Source: Gemmatimonas sp.
Lineage (GTDB): Bacteria > Gemmatimonadota > Gemmatimonadetes > Gemmatimonadales > Gemmatimonadaceae
Reading direction: 5' to 3'
Length of the DNA stretch: 64,000 nt
Assembly (NCBI GenBank): GCA_965279375.1
Contig: OZ257156.1
Coordinates: 288,001-352,000 of the forward strand
Part shown: in pieces, positions 48,994 to 59,659 of the stretch
Layout of the letters: the number at the start of each line of letters is the position of its first letter
Position numbering within the stretch: the stretch's first letter is position 1
The notes under the pieces: generated by a model
Database searches by the model: none
What the model was told of the DNA's origin: nothing
Seen by the model: only the letters and a program-made list of their open reading frames with translations
Program-made: the position numbers and the translations under genes

Positions 48994-51291
48994 GTGGGCT
49001 CCATACTCGACGCCGTCGTCACCTTTCTCTTCAAGTATCCGTCGCGCATGTTCGCGCGCGGCGACGTGGTCATTGCGCCTGTCGTGCCGCTTGTGGCGAT
49101 CGGCGTGGCGGCGGCCGTGGTGCTCCTTCTCGTTGCGTTCGCCTACGCGCGTGTTCGTACGCTGCGCCCGCTCGATCGCGTCGTGCTTGGCGTGCTGCGC
49201 ACCAGCGCCGTCCTGGTCGTACTCGCGTGCCTGCTGCGCCCCGGGTTGGTCATCGCGTCGGCTGTGCCGCAGCGCAACATCCTCGCGGTGCTCATTGACG
49301 ATTCGCGCAGCATGCGCACGCGCGATGTGAACGACACCGCGCGCATCGCCGTGGCGCAGTCGGCGTTCAGCGACAGCAGCGCGCTCATTCGCTCTCTCGG
49401 TGAACGGTTTGCGTTGCGACGTTTTCGCTTTGCCGCACATGCCTCGCCGCTGGCCAGCGCTGCTTCGCTCACGGCGCGCGGCACGCAGTCGGATCTGGCG
49501 CGCTCACTCGATGACGTGCGCGAGGAGTTGGCGGGGATGCCGTTGGCCGGCGTGGTGTTGGTGTCCGATGGCGCGGACAACGGCAGCAGCGCGTACGACG
49601 ACGCACTGTTGGCGCTGCGTGCGCGCCGTGTGCCGGTGTACACGGTGGGTGTGGGGAGCGAGCGATTCGCGCGGGATCTGGCAGTGGAGCGCGTCAACGC
49701 GCCAACGAAGGCGCTGACTGGCGCAACGATGCTCGTGGAAGCCGATGTCCGCATGCGAGGACTCGGCAAGGACCGCGCGACCGTCGTCGTGGAAGCCGAT
49801 GGGCGAGTCGTGGCCACGGAAGAAGTGAAAGCGCCGGAGAAGGGCGAGGTCGCGCACGTGCGCTTGCGCGTGCCACCGCTCGCGCCGGGCACCTACCGCA
49901 TGGCCGTGCGTGCGCGAGCGCTGCCCAATGAGATCGTCACGGAGAACAACGCGTGGCAGGGCGGGCTCGACGTGCGCGCCGGCCCCGATCGCGTGCTCTA
50001 TCTCGAAGGGGAGCCACGCCCGGAGTTTGCTTTCCTGCGTCGCGCCGTGGCGGGCGACAGTGCCTTGCAGGTTGTCGGACTGATGCGGAGCGCGGAGAAC
50101 AAGTTCCTGCGACTTGGCGTGAAGGACAGCCTCGAATTGTTGGGCGGGTTCCCGACGACGCGCGAAGAACTGTTTGCGTATCGCGCGCTGATCATCGGCA
50201 GCATCGAAGCCTCGTACTTCTCCGCTGAACAGCTGCGGATGATCTCGGACTTCGTGAACAAGCGTGGCGGTGGACTGCTGGTGCTTGGCGGTCGCGCGTC
50301 ATTGTCCGAAGGCGGCTTTGCGGACACGCCGCTGGCGGACGTGCTCCCCGTGACGCTGTCGCGCGGACAGATCAACGAAGAAGGTCCCGCAACGATGTTG
50401 CGCGTGCGGCCGACGCGAGCCGGCGAATCCTTTGCGGCGCTGCAGTTGGGCGCGACGGCCGCCGCATCCAAGCAGCGCTGGGATTCGTTGCCGACGCTCA
50501 CCACGGTGAACAAAGCGGGAACACTGCGCTCCGGTGCCACGCTGTTGCTGGCCGGCGCCATCGAAGGCGGACGCGCCGACGTGCCGGTTCTCGCATGGCA
50601 GCGCTACGGGCGCGGCGTGAGCGCCGTGTTTGCGGTGCAAGATGCCTGGCAGTGGCGCATGAACGCCAAGATGGCCGTCGACGACGACACGCATCAAACC
50701 TTCTGGCGTCAAATGGTGCGGTGGCTCGTGGATGATGCCCCCGCGCCAATGCAGCTGACGCTGTCGCCGGCGCACGTCGCCCCGGGCGAGACGGTCACGC
50801 TGCGCGCGCACGTGTCGGACGGCTTCTACGCCGACGTGAACGATGCCACCGTTGCCGCGACGATCACGTCGCCGACCGGCACGGTGTCGTCGGTGCCATT
50901 GGAGTGGTCACTGCGTGAAGACGGCTCGTACGCCGGCAGCTTCATCGCGGTGGACTCCGGACGCTACGCCATCGAGACGATCGCACGGCGCGCCACGGCG
51001 CGCGACAGCATGCAAACGGTGAAGAGCACGCTGCTGGTGGATGATCTCGGCGCGGACATGTCGCAGGCCGAGTTGCGCGTACCGTTGCTGCGTCGCATCG
51101 CCGATGAGACCGGTGGGCGCTACTACCCCATCGCCGACGTCCAGAAGCTGTCGGAGGATGCGGTCTACACCGAGAGCGGCATCACGGTGCGTGAAGCGAA
51201 AGACTTGTGGGACATGCCTGTGATCTTCCTGCTGCTCGCGCTGCTGTTGGGTGCGGAGTGGGGCTATCGCCGGTGGCGGGGGTTGGCGTGA
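48994..51291 (+). CDS. Membrane VWA + glutamine-amidotransferase-like domain protein
   Basis: DDSRSM MIDAS, VSDG, FVNKRGGGLLVLGG, RYGRG, FWRQMVRWL, EWGYRRWRGLA; start approximate. Confidence 0.82.
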   Translation: MGSILDAVVTFLFKYPSRMFARGDVVIAPVVPLVAIGVAAAVVLLLVAFAYARVRTLRPLDRVVLGVLRTSAVLVVLACLLRPGLVIASAVPQRNILAVLIDDSRSMRTRDVNDTARIAVAQSAFSDSSALIRSLGERFALRRFRFAAHASPLASAASLTARGTQSDLARSLDDVREELAGMPLAGVVLVSDGADNGSSAYDDALLALRARRVPVYTVGVGSERFARDLAVERVNAPTKALTGATMLVEADVRMRGLGKDRATVVVEADGRVVATEEVKAPEKGEVAHVRLRVPPLAPGTYRMAVRARALPNEIVTENNAWQGGLDVRAGPDRVLYLEGEPRPEFAFLRRAVAGDSALQVVGLMRSAENKFLRLGVKDSLELLGGFPTTREELFAYRALIIGSIEASYFSAEQLRMISDFVNKRGGGLLVLGGRASLSEGGFADTPLADVLPVTLSRGQINEEGPATMLRVRPTRAGESFAALQLGATAAASKQRWDSLPTLTTVNKAGTLRSGATLLLAGAIEGGRADVPVLAWQRYGRGVSAVFAVQDAWQWRMNAKMAVDDDTHQTFWRQMVRWLVDDAPAPMQLTLSPAHVAPGETVTLRAHVSDGFYADVNDATVAATITSPTGTVSSVPLEWSLREDGSYAGSFIAVDSGRYAIETIARRATARDSMQTVKSTLLVDDLGADMSQAELRVPLLRRIADETGGRYYPIADVQKLSEDAVYTESGITVREAKDLWDMPVIFLLLALLLGAEWGYRRWRGLA

Positions 51292-52280
51292 TGCAGTCAA
51301 TCGCGCGATCCGAACGACGGAGCAGCGTTGTTCGCGCGTTCAGGCGCGGCGCCGTGTCGTGCGGCGTTGCGATGCTGGCGATTGCTGCGAGCACTCGCGT
51401 CGCGTCGGCGCAGCGCACGCATCTCTTGGTCATCGAAGGACTCTCGGGTGAACCGGCGTTCAAGCAATCGTTCGATGCGGCGGCACAGGGGATCGTGACG
51501 GCGGCACGCACGCGCTGGCGTCTCCCCGACTCGAGCATCGTCGTGCTGAGCGAAGATTCGCTCGTCGCCGGACAACGTCGCGCGCGCTCGACCCGCGAGT
51601 CCGTGGCGGCGGCATTCACCACGCTCTCCACGCGGGTGCAGCCCGGTGATGTGTTGCTGGTCGTGCTGATCGGACATGGCAGTGGCGAAGGTCCAGGCTC
51701 CAAGGTGAATCTCCCGGGCCCCGACGCCACCGCGGCGGAGTACGCCACGTGGATCGCCGGCTTCAGCAAGCAGACGGTCGTGTTCGTGAACACCGCAACC
51801 GGCAGCGGAGACTTTGGCGCCGTCCTCGGCGGACGTGGTCGCATCGTCATGACCTCCACGCGCAGCGCGATGGAGCGCAACGAGTCGCTCTTTGCCACCC
51901 AGTTTTCGAAGGCGCTCGCAGGAGACGAAGCCGACGCGGACAAGGATGGCCGGCTGTCCGTGCTGGAAGCGTTCCGCTACGCCACGCGCGAGGTAGCACG
52001 CGTCTACGAATCGAAGAACCTGATGCAGACCGAGCATGCGCAGCTCAGCGATTCGCTGCTCGCGCGCTCGGTTTCGTTTGGAGCCGCCGCCGCGGGCGCG
52101 GGCAATCCGCGTGTCGCTGCACTCGTAGCAGAGCGGCAGGCGCTGGAGTCGGAAGTTGCCGCGTTGCGCACGCGCAAAGCGTCGATGAAACCGGATGCGT
52201 ACGACGCGGAGTTGGAGCGCTTGTTGCTCGCCATCGCCGGGAAGACGCAGGCGATCAAGGCTGCGGAGAGCGGCAAGTGA
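51291..52280 (+). CDS. Exported caspase/legumain-fold-like protein with C-terminal coiled coil
   Basis: LIGHGS, FVNTATGSG, ADADKDGRLSVLEAF. Confidence 0.6.
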   Translation: MQSIARSERRSSVVRAFRRGAVSCGVAMLAIAASTRVASAQRTHLLVIEGLSGEPAFKQSFDAAAQGIVTAARTRWRLPDSSIVVLSEDSLVAGQRRARSTRESVAAAFTTLSTRVQPGDVLLVVLIGHGSGEGPGSKVNLPGPDATAAEYATWIAGFSKQTVVFVNTATGSGDFGAVLGGRGRIVMTSTRSAMERNESLFATQFSKALAGDEADADKDGRLSVLEAFRYATREVARVYESKNLMQTEHAQLSDSLLARSVSFGAAAAGAGNPRVAALVAERQALESEVAALRTRKASMKPDAYDAELERLLLAIAGKTQAIKAAESGK

Positions 52281-54808
52281 TGCGCGCCGGAGCATCGACG
52301 ACGCGAGGGAGACAGCGCGCGACTGCTCGCCTGCTGTCGCTCGCCGCGCTCTGTGCGTCCTGCCTGGCGTGGCGGGACTCAGCGGCCGTACAGGATCCGC
52401 GCGCGCAGGTGCGCGCATTGCTCGACGCGGGCAAGTACGCGGAGGCGGAAGCCGCCGCGCGCGCTGGCGGTGCGGCACTGAACGCCGCGCTCGGCGATGT
52501 CCTCGTGGCGCGCGGCAAATTGAGCGAAGCCGAAGCGACCTACGCGCGTGCCATCGCCGCTGGCGGCGCAGATCGTTGGCCCGCTGAGGTGGCGCTGGCA
52601 GAGTTGGCGGAGCGTCGCGGCGAGCATGCGCGCGCGGAGCAACGCGCGACAACCGTCGTCAATGCCTACCGCGCCATGTCGCAGCCAAGTGGCACAGCGC
52701 ACGTGGCCGCGGGTCGGGCGTACGTGCTGTTGGTGCGTTCTGATCGCGCGGCGGCGCAGCGTGCGCTCGCGGCATTCGACGCGGCCGCAGAACTCGATTC
52801 GACCAACCTCGACGCACAACGCCGCGCGGGCGATCTGTTGCTGGCGCGTTCAGGGGACAAGGACGCGACGACGTCGTATCAGGCGGTGCTGCGTCGCGCA
52901 CCCAAGGATGCACAGGCGTTGTTGGGGATGGCGCGCGTGACCGAGTTTCAGCAGCAGCAGAACCCGCTGCCGTTGGTGGAGGAGAGCCTCGCAGCAAATC
53001 CGCAGCTCCCCGACGCGCTCGTGATGCGTGCACGCATGTATCTCGCGGCGGAAGCGTTCGACTCGGCGCGTGCGCTTTCGAGTCGTGCGATCGCGACGGA
53101 TTCGTCGTCGATGGGCGCATGGGGACTGCTCGGCGCGGTGGCGTGGCTGCGCGGTGACTCCACGGCGTATCGACGCGCGTTCGCGGCAGCGACGGCACTC
53201 CAGCCAAAACCGGTGGATTTTCACATCACGCTGGCTGAAGCGGCCACACGCCAACGGCGCTACGCGGATGCCTATCGTCTGTCGCAGCTTGCGGTGTCGC
53301 TGGACAGTCAGTCAGTACGCGCGCTCAACGTGCTGGGTTCGACGCAGCTGCAACTCGGGCAAATGGAGGCGGGGCGTGCGACGCTCACGCGTTCCTTCGC
53401 GCTCGACGGCTCCGGCGCACGCACCAAGAACACGCTCGACCTGCTGGATGAGATGCGAGGGTTCGTCTCGGTCGACACCGGACATTTCCGGTTCGTCGCG
53501 CCGAAGGAAGAGGCCGCGTTGCTCTCGCTCTACGTCGTGCCACTGCTGGAGCGCGCCTTCGATACGCTGTCCGTGCGTTACGGATACAAGCCGACGACGC
53601 CCGTTCGACTGGAGTTCTTCCGTCGCTCTGCGGACTTTTCCGTGCGCGCCATCGGCGAATCCGGTCTTGGCGCGCTTGGCGTGAGCTTTGGCAACGTGCT
53701 GGCGATGGATGCGCCGAGTGCGCGGGAACGCGGCACGTTCAACTGGGGCTCGACGGCGTGGCATGAGTTGACGCACGCGTTCACGTTGGGCGCGTCGGAT
53801 CATCGTGTGCCGCGTTGGTTGTCCGAAGGGCTGTCGGTGTTTGAAGAGCGTCGTGCGGCACCGGGTTGGGGCGCTTCGGCGACGACGGCATTTGTGGGTG
53901 CGCTTGGCGCCAATGCGTTGCGTCCGATGAGTGAACTGAGTGAGGGGTTCATGCACCCTCGCTTCCCTGAAGAGACGCAGTTCAGCTACTACCAGGCGTC
54001 GCTGTTCTGCGAGATGGTGGTTGAAATGAAGGGGCTGCGCGCGCTCCCGGCGATGCTCACGGCGTATCGCGACGGCTACGACACGCCTGCGGTATTTCAG
54101 CGCGTGCTCGGCATGACCACGGCGCAGGTGGATGCGCAGTTCGACCGGTACATGCGCACGATGTTCACTGCGGCGATCGCGTCGATTGCTCCGAAGGACT
54201 CGAGTGCCGCGCGTGGGGTGACGTTCATGTCCACGATGCAGCGCGCGGTCGGACTGATGGAGGCGGGACGGAAGGATTCGGCGAGCGTACTACTGGAGCA
54301 GGCGCAGCGCATGTTTCCGCAGTACGCCGGCACGGATGGCCCGTCGTGGTTTCTGGCGCTGTTGGCGCGCGACCGCGGCGATACGACGAGCGCACTCCGA
54401 CAGGCATCCGTCGTGACCACGCGTAACGAGGTGGCGTGGGAGGCCAACCTGCTGCAGGCTGATTTGTCAGAGAAGCGCGGCGATGTGATCGGTGCAACCG
54501 CGGCGCTCGAGCGGCTGTTCTGGATTTCCCCATACGACCCGGCACTGCACGCGCGCGTCGCAACAATGGCCGGTGCTCGCGGCGACCACGCGCGGGCGTT
54601 GCGCGAGCGCCGCGCGATCATTGCGCTGCGACCCGCTGATCTGCTGGACGCGCGCTACGAGTTGGCCAAGGCGATGGCAGCGAGCGGCGACATACGGGGC
54701 GCGCGGCGCGAGTTGCTGGAGGTACTGGAGCAGGCGCCGTCGTTCGAGAAGGCACAGGCGCTCTTGCTCGAGCTGCGAGCCAAGTCTTCCCCCGGAGACG
54801 CGTCATGA
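52280..54808 (+). CDS. TPR protein with gluzincin/MA-like metallopeptidase domain
   Basis: Multiple TPR-like helices; WHELTH (HExxH) plus PRWLSEGL. Confidence 0.82.
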   Translation: MRAGASTTRGRQRATARLLSLAALCASCLAWRDSAAVQDPRAQVRALLDAGKYAEAEAAARAGGAALNAALGDVLVARGKLSEAEATYARAIAAGGADRWPAEVALAELAERRGEHARAEQRATTVVNAYRAMSQPSGTAHVAAGRAYVLLVRSDRAAAQRALAAFDAAAELDSTNLDAQRRAGDLLLARSGDKDATTSYQAVLRRAPKDAQALLGMARVTEFQQQQNPLPLVEESLAANPQLPDALVMRARMYLAAEAFDSARALSSRAIATDSSSMGAWGLLGAVAWLRGDSTAYRRAFAAATALQPKPVDFHITLAEAATRQRRYADAYRLSQLAVSLDSQSVRALNVLGSTQLQLGQMEAGRATLTRSFALDGSGARTKNTLDLLDEMRGFVSVDTGHFRFVAPKEEAALLSLYVVPLLERAFDTLSVRYGYKPTTPVRLEFFRRSADFSVRAIGESGLGALGVSFGNVLAMDAPSARERGTFNWGSTAWHELTHAFTLGASDHRVPRWLSEGLSVFEERRAAPGWGASATTAFVGALGANALRPMSELSEGFMHPRFPEETQFSYYQASLFCEMVVEMKGLRALPAMLTAYRDGYDTPAVFQRVLGMTTAQVDAQFDRYMRTMFTAAIASIAPKDSSAARGVTFMSTMQRAVGLMEAGRKDSASVLLEQAQRMFPQYAGTDGPSWFLALLARDRGDTTSALRQASVVTTRNEVAWEANLLQADLSEKRGDVIGATAALERLFWISPYDPALHARVATMAGARGDHARALRERRAIIALRPADLLDARYELAKAMAASGDIRGARRELLEVLEQAPSFEKAQALLLELRAKSSPGDAS

Positions 54809-55584
54809 CGCGGACACGCTTCACGCGATTGGGTAGTGCGTTGATGGTGACGGCGACACTCATCGGCCTGTTTGCTGTGTCGCCACTCGCCGCGCAGCGT
54901 CGTCGTGCACCGGAAGTGCTGCCCAACTCACCGTACGACGGCCGCTACACGTTCGTGCGCATCAAATACGATATCCCGATGTCATCGAGCAGTTTTCGTG
55001 GCGTCGATATCAAGTGGAGCCACGACTATCCGCGGGGCGAGCGGCACTTCACCAAGATCCTGAGCGAGCTCTCGACGGCGCGCGTGCGCACGGCCGTGAG
55101 CAACGTGTTGTCGCTCGACGATCCGGAGCTGACGCGCTACCCGGTGGCGTACATGGCGGAACCGGGATTCTGGCGACCGACGGAGCCCGAGGTGCTGGCG
55201 CTCAGGAATTATCTGGCCAAGGGCGGCTTCATCATCTTCGACGACTTCGCAGGCGAGCATTGGCTCAACTTCGAGTCGCAGATCAAGCGAGTGTTTCCGA
55301 AAGGTCGCATGATTCCGCTGACGCTTTCGCATCCGATCTTCGACTCGTTCTATCGAATCAAGAGTCTGGACTACGAGCATCCGTACTATCGTGGCATGAA
55401 GTCGGTGTTTTACGGGCTGTTCGAGGACAACGATCCGAGCAAGCGTTTGCTCATGGTCGCGAACTACAACAGTGACATGTCGGAGCTGTGGGAGTTCAGC
55501 GATGAAGGGATGTTCCCGCTGGACATGTCCAACGAAGCGTACAAGCTCGGCGTGAATTACATCATCCACGCGCTCACCCGCTGA
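54805..55584 (+). CDS. DUF4159-domain protein
   Basis: WSHDYP, LRNYLAKGGF..FDDF, HPIFDSFY, GVNYIIHALT. Confidence 0.88.
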   Translation: MTRTRFTRLGSALMVTATLIGLFAVSPLAAQRRRAPEVLPNSPYDGRYTFVRIKYDIPMSSSSFRGVDIKWSHDYPRGERHFTKILSELSTARVRTAVSNVLSLDDPELTRYPVAYMAEPGFWRPTEPEVLALRNYLAKGGFIIFDDFAGEHWLNFESQIKRVFPKGRMIPLTLSHPIFDSFYRIKSLDYEHPYYRGMKSVFYGLFEDNDPSKRLLMVANYNSDMSELWEFSDEGMFPLDMSNEAYKLGVNYIIHALTR

Positions 55585-55597
55585 CTCGAGGATCCGC

Positions 55598-56671
55598 TTG
55601 ACCGCTACCCCGCCCCCGGAAGCCGGCACGACTGCCGGTACTGCTGCTTCGCTCGATGGACTCGACGATGGTGCGTTGGCCGATCGCCTGCAGGGCGTGG
55701 GCGAGCGGATCACCCGCGAGCTGCGCAAGGTCATCGTTGGTCAGGAGACTGTCGTAGAGCAGGCACTCATCGCGCTCTTTGCCGGCGGCAACTGTCTGCT
55801 GGTGGGCGTGCCGGGACTCGCCAAGACGCTGCTCATCTCCACGCTGGCCCGTGCACTCGATCTGCGTTTCTCGCGCATTCAGTTCACGCCCGATCTCATG
55901 CCCTCCGACGTGACGGGTACCGACGTCATTCAGGACGACCCCACCACGGGACAGCGTCGATTGGCGTTCATGCCGGGGCCGGTGTTCACCAATGTGCTGC
56001 TGGCTGACGAAATCAATCGCACGCCGCCCAAGACGCAGGCCGCACTGCTGGAGGCGATGCAGGAGCGTCGCGTCACGGTGCAGGGTCGCACCTACGAACT
56101 CGACGCGCCGTTCTTCGTGTTCGCGACGCAGAACCCGATCGAACTGGAAGGCACGTATCCCCTGCCTGAAGCGCAGCTCGACCGCTTCATGCTGGAAGTG
56201 ATGCTCGATTATCTGCCGGAAGAAGACGAAGTAGCCGTCGTGAAGGCGACGACTGCGCTGCCGCCGAGTGCCGTGCAGCCGGTGGTAAGCAAGGCAGAGA
56301 TTCTCGCGTTTCAACGCGTGGTGCGTCGCTTGCCCATTGCCGACGCGGTCACGCGCTATGCCGTCAAGCTGGTGCGCATGACACGTCCAGGCGATGCGGC
56401 AACGCCCAGTGGCTCGCCCGACTTCGTGCGGCAGTGGGTGTCGTATGGCGCGAGCGTACGCGCGGCGCAGGCGTTGGTGTTGGGCGCGAAGGCGCGGGCG
56501 CTACTGCAGGGGCGCGCCAGCCCGAGTTTTGAAGACGTGCGCGCGCTCGCGCGGCCGGTGCTGCGTCATCGAGTGCTGGTCAACTTTCAGGCGCAGTCGG
56601 AGAAGGTCACCACCGACGCGATCATCGCCAAGCTCCTCGACGCGGTACCGATGCCGCGTTCGGCGCTCTGA
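55598..56671 (+). CDS. moxR: MoxR-family AAA+ ATPase
   Basis: GVPGLAKT, RIQFTPDLMPSD, LADEINRTPPKTQAALLEAMQE, ATQNPIELEGTYPLPEAQLDRF. Confidence 0.96.
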   Translation: MTATPPPEAGTTAGTAASLDGLDDGALADRLQGVGERITRELRKVIVGQETVVEQALIALFAGGNCLLVGVPGLAKTLLISTLARALDLRFSRIQFTPDLMPSDVTGTDVIQDDPTTGQRRLAFMPGPVFTNVLLADEINRTPPKTQAALLEAMQERRVTVQGRTYELDAPFFVFATQNPIELEGTYPLPEAQLDRFMLEVMLDYLPEEDEVAVVKATTALPPSAVQPVVSKAEILAFQRVVRRLPIADAVTRYAVKLVRMTRPGDAATPSGSPDFVRQWVSYGASVRAAQALVLGAKARALLQGRASPSFEDVRALARPVLRHRVLVNFQAQSEKVTTDAIIAKLLDAVPMPRSAL

Positions 56672-56684
56672 GTCGAGACAGCTG

Positions 56685-57584
56685 ATGGCAACCGCTCCGG
56701 CGTCCTTCCTCGATCCGGCCATGCTGGCCCGCATCTCCGACCTCGCGCTGTTGGCGCGCACGGTCGTGGACGGGTTCATGCATGGTCAGCATCGCTCCAT
56801 GCGCAAAGGTGCGTCGATGGATTTCGCCGAGCATCGGTCGTATCAACCGGGCGACGATCTGCGACGGATCGATTGGCGCGTGTACGGTCGCACGAATCGG
56901 TTCTACATCAAGGAGTACGACGCGGACACCAATGCGAGTGTGGTGTTTGCACTCGATACGTCGGGCAGCATGGACTTCGGCAGCGGCGCCGTCACCAAGT
57001 TCGACTACGCGCGCTTTCTCGTGGCGTCGCTGGCGTGGCTGTCGCAACATCAGGGCGATCGCGTGGGGCTTGCCACCTTTGTGGGCGATCTGGTGGATGT
57101 CGTGCCGCCGTCGGTGCGTCATCTGCAACTGATGCTGCACACGTTGGCGCGGTGCAAGAGTTCGGGCACGAGCCAGCTCGTCCACTCCATCGAGCGACTC
57201 GGGCTCGTCGCGATGCGCGCGGGTATCGTCGTGCTGGTCTCCGACTGCTATGCGCAGCCGGATGCGCTGGGGCGTGCGATCGACGGGCTGCGCATGCGCG
57301 GCCATGACGTGATCGTCTTTCACATCGTGGACCCCGCCGAGCGAGAGTTGCCGGGCGATGCACCCACGACGTACGAAGACGCGGAGAGTGGCGTGCTGTT
57401 GCCGCTTCGTCCGGGCGAGCTGCGCACCAAGTATCAGGCGCTGGTGACAGCGCATCACCTGGCGTTGTCCAAGCGCATCGCAGCGGCCGGCGCGGATTAT
57501 GTCCGTGTGGACATCGATCAGCCGCTCGATCGCGCGCTGCATGCCTACCTCGATTCGCGCCTGTCGCGCGGGCGTGTGCGCTGA
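56685..57584 (+). CDS. DUF58-domain protein
   Basis: DFAEHRSYQPGDDLRRIDW, DTSGSM, GDRVGL, VSD. Confidence 0.93.
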   Translation: MATAPASFLDPAMLARISDLALLARTVVDGFMHGQHRSMRKGASMDFAEHRSYQPGDDLRRIDWRVYGRTNRFYIKEYDADTNASVVFALDTSGSMDFGSGAVTKFDYARFLVASLAWLSQHQGDRVGLATFVGDLVDVVPPSVRHLQLMLHTLARCKSSGTSQLVHSIERLGLVAMRAGIVVLVSDCYAQPDALGRAIDGLRMRGHDVIVFHIVDPAERELPGDAPTTYEDAESGVLLPLRPGELRTKYQALVTAHHLALSKRIAAAGADYVRVDIDQPLDRALHAYLDSRLSRGRVR

Positions 57585-59650
57585 TGGGCATCGGCTTTCT
57601 CGTTCCGGCGTTTCTGGCGGGATTGGCGGCGCTCGCCATTCCGCTGTTCATGCATCTAAGGCATCGCGACAAGGATCGACCGTATCGGTTCCCGTCGCTG
57701 ATGTTTCTCGAGCAGCTGCCCATTCGTACGTCGCAACGTCAGCGCATCACCGATTGGCCGCTGCTGCTGTTGCGCGCGCTGGCGGTGGCGATGTTGGTGC
57801 TCGCGTTCGCGCGTCCGGTGTTCAACACGCAGTCGGTGGTGGGAGCGGATACGCGCACCAAGGCGGTGATCGTGCTGCTCGATCGATCGCTGAGCATGGG
57901 CCATACCGCGGTGTGGCCCACCGCGATCGATTCCGCGAAGCGTGTGATTGCCGGGTTGGGTGCGCGCGATCGTGTAGGCGTGGTGTTCTTCGACGATGCC
58001 GCCGAGGTTGCGCAGCGCCTGACCGAGGACAAGGCGGCGGCGACGGCCGTGCTGGCGAGTGCGAAGTCAGTGCCGCGCGGAACGCGCTTTGCACCGGCGC
58101 TTCGTACAGCCCGTCAGATGTTGCTCGATGCGCCGTTTGCGGCCGCCGAGATCGTGCTCATCTCCGATTTGCAGCGGGCGGGGACGGCGGGGATCGCCGG
58201 TCTCGATCTCCCACCGGGAGTCGAGCTGCGCAGCATCAATGTCGGTGCGCGCGATCGCGCGAACAACGCCGTGCGGTCGGTGGAAGCATCGCGCATCAGT
58301 GATGGCAGCAAGTCGATGCTCGCGGTGAAGGCGCGGATTTCTTCGCGTGAGCTCACTGGCACGCGTGACGTGAAGGCGACGCTGCAGCTCAATGGACGTG
58401 ACGCTGGCACGCAAACGGTCACGCTCCCTGCGACCGGCGAAACGGTGGTAACCTTTGCGCCATCCGTTGTGGTGAGCGGTGAGGTGAGTGGTACCGTGAC
58501 GCTCGACGCCGACGCGCTGGCCGCCGACGATCGGTTCTTCTTTGTCGTGCCGCGTGAAGACGCCGTGCGTGTCGCACTCGTGCTGCCTGAGGATGCCACG
58601 TCGGATGAGACGCTTTATCTCGATCGCGCGCTGTCGATCGGCCGGACGCCCGAAATTCGCCTCGAGCGTACGCGCATCGGTCAGCTGAACGCCGCGACGT
58701 TGCGTGATGCGGCGGCGGTGCTGCTCTGGGACACCGCGCCGAGCGCCACGGCAACCGCCGCTCTCGAGACGTACGTGCGCAATGGTGGCGGCGTGATCGT
58801 CGCCGCTGGCCGGCGGCTCGGCGCGCGCAGCGCCGCGTCGACGCTGATTCCTGCGCGGAGCACGGGAATGGCCGACCGACTTGCCGACCGCGGCGGTACG
58901 CTCGCTCCGCTGCAGCTCGAGCACGCGCTCTTTGCGCCATTCCGCTCCACCCCCGACGCACTCGGCGGCGCGCGCTTTCTGCGCTATCCACGACTCGATG
59001 TGACGACGGGCAGCGATGTGCTCGCTCGCTTCGACGATGGTCTGCCCGCCATCATTCAGCGCAAGCTGGGCATTGGTCGCGTGCTGATGCTCGCCATGCC
59101 GCTCGACGCGCAGAGCGGTGACCTGCCGCTGCAACCTGCGTTTCTTCCCTTTGTACGACAGCTGGTGCTGCACACGTCGGGGCGTGACGCCGTACCGCTG
59201 TGGCGGACCACGGCTGATAGCTGGTCGATGCCGGAAGGGCTGACTGATCCCGTGGTGCGCACGCCCGATGCATCGCTCATCCGCCCCAAGGCCGATTCGC
59301 TGGGCAGTGCGGTTCCGCTCGCCGACGCGGGCGTGTACGAAGCCTTCTCCGGCGCTGCCAACGGCGCGCCGGCAGCGGTCATTGCGGTGAACGTGGCAAC
59401 GGCCGAGTCGGACCTGACACCGATCGACCCGAAGGAGCTGTTGCTCGGCGTGCGTGCCACCGAAGGCGCCGCCGTGCAGAACAACGCGCCGCCCACCACC
59501 GACGAGCTCGAGCGTCGGCAGAATGGGTGGCGACTGTTGCTGATCGTCGTTGCGCTCGCATTGTTGAGTGAGACGCTGATGTCCAACCGCGGCTGGCGCG
59601 CAGTGGCCAGACGCTATCGTCCGGCCACGCCGGAACGAACCGAGCCATGA
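57584..59650 (+). CDS. BatA-domain/VWA membrane protein
   Basis: P.F.HL...FPSLMFL, LLLLRAL...FARP, DRSLSM, ISDLQ, ESDL, C-terminal TM. Confidence 0.88.
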   Translation: MGIGFLVPAFLAGLAALAIPLFMHLRHRDKDRPYRFPSLMFLEQLPIRTSQRQRITDWPLLLLRALAVAMLVLAFARPVFNTQSVVGADTRTKAVIVLLDRSLSMGHTAVWPTAIDSAKRVIAGLGARDRVGVVFFDDAAEVAQRLTEDKAAATAVLASAKSVPRGTRFAPALRTARQMLLDAPFAAAEIVLISDLQRAGTAGIAGLDLPPGVELRSINVGARDRANNAVRSVEASRISDGSKSMLAVKARISSRELTGTRDVKATLQLNGRDAGTQTVTLPATGETVVTFAPSVVVSGEVSGTVTLDADALAADDRFFFVVPREDAVRVALVLPEDATSDETLYLDRALSIGRTPEIRLERTRIGQLNAATLRDAAAVLLWDTAPSATATAALETYVRNGGGVIVAAGRRLGARSAASTLIPARSTGMADRLADRGGTLAPLQLEHALFAPFRSTPDALGGARFLRYPRLDVTTGSDVLARFDDGLPAIIQRKLGIGRVLMLAMPLDAQSGDLPLQPAFLPFVRQLVLHTSGRDAVPLWRTTADSWSMPEGLTDPVVRTPDASLIRPKADSLGSAVPLADAGVYEAFSGAANGAPAAVIAVNVATAESDLTPIDPKELLLGVRATEGAAVQNNAPPTTDELERRQNGWRLLLIVVALALLSETLMSNRGWRAVARRYRPATPERTEP

Positions 59651-59659
59651 GGCCTGAGC

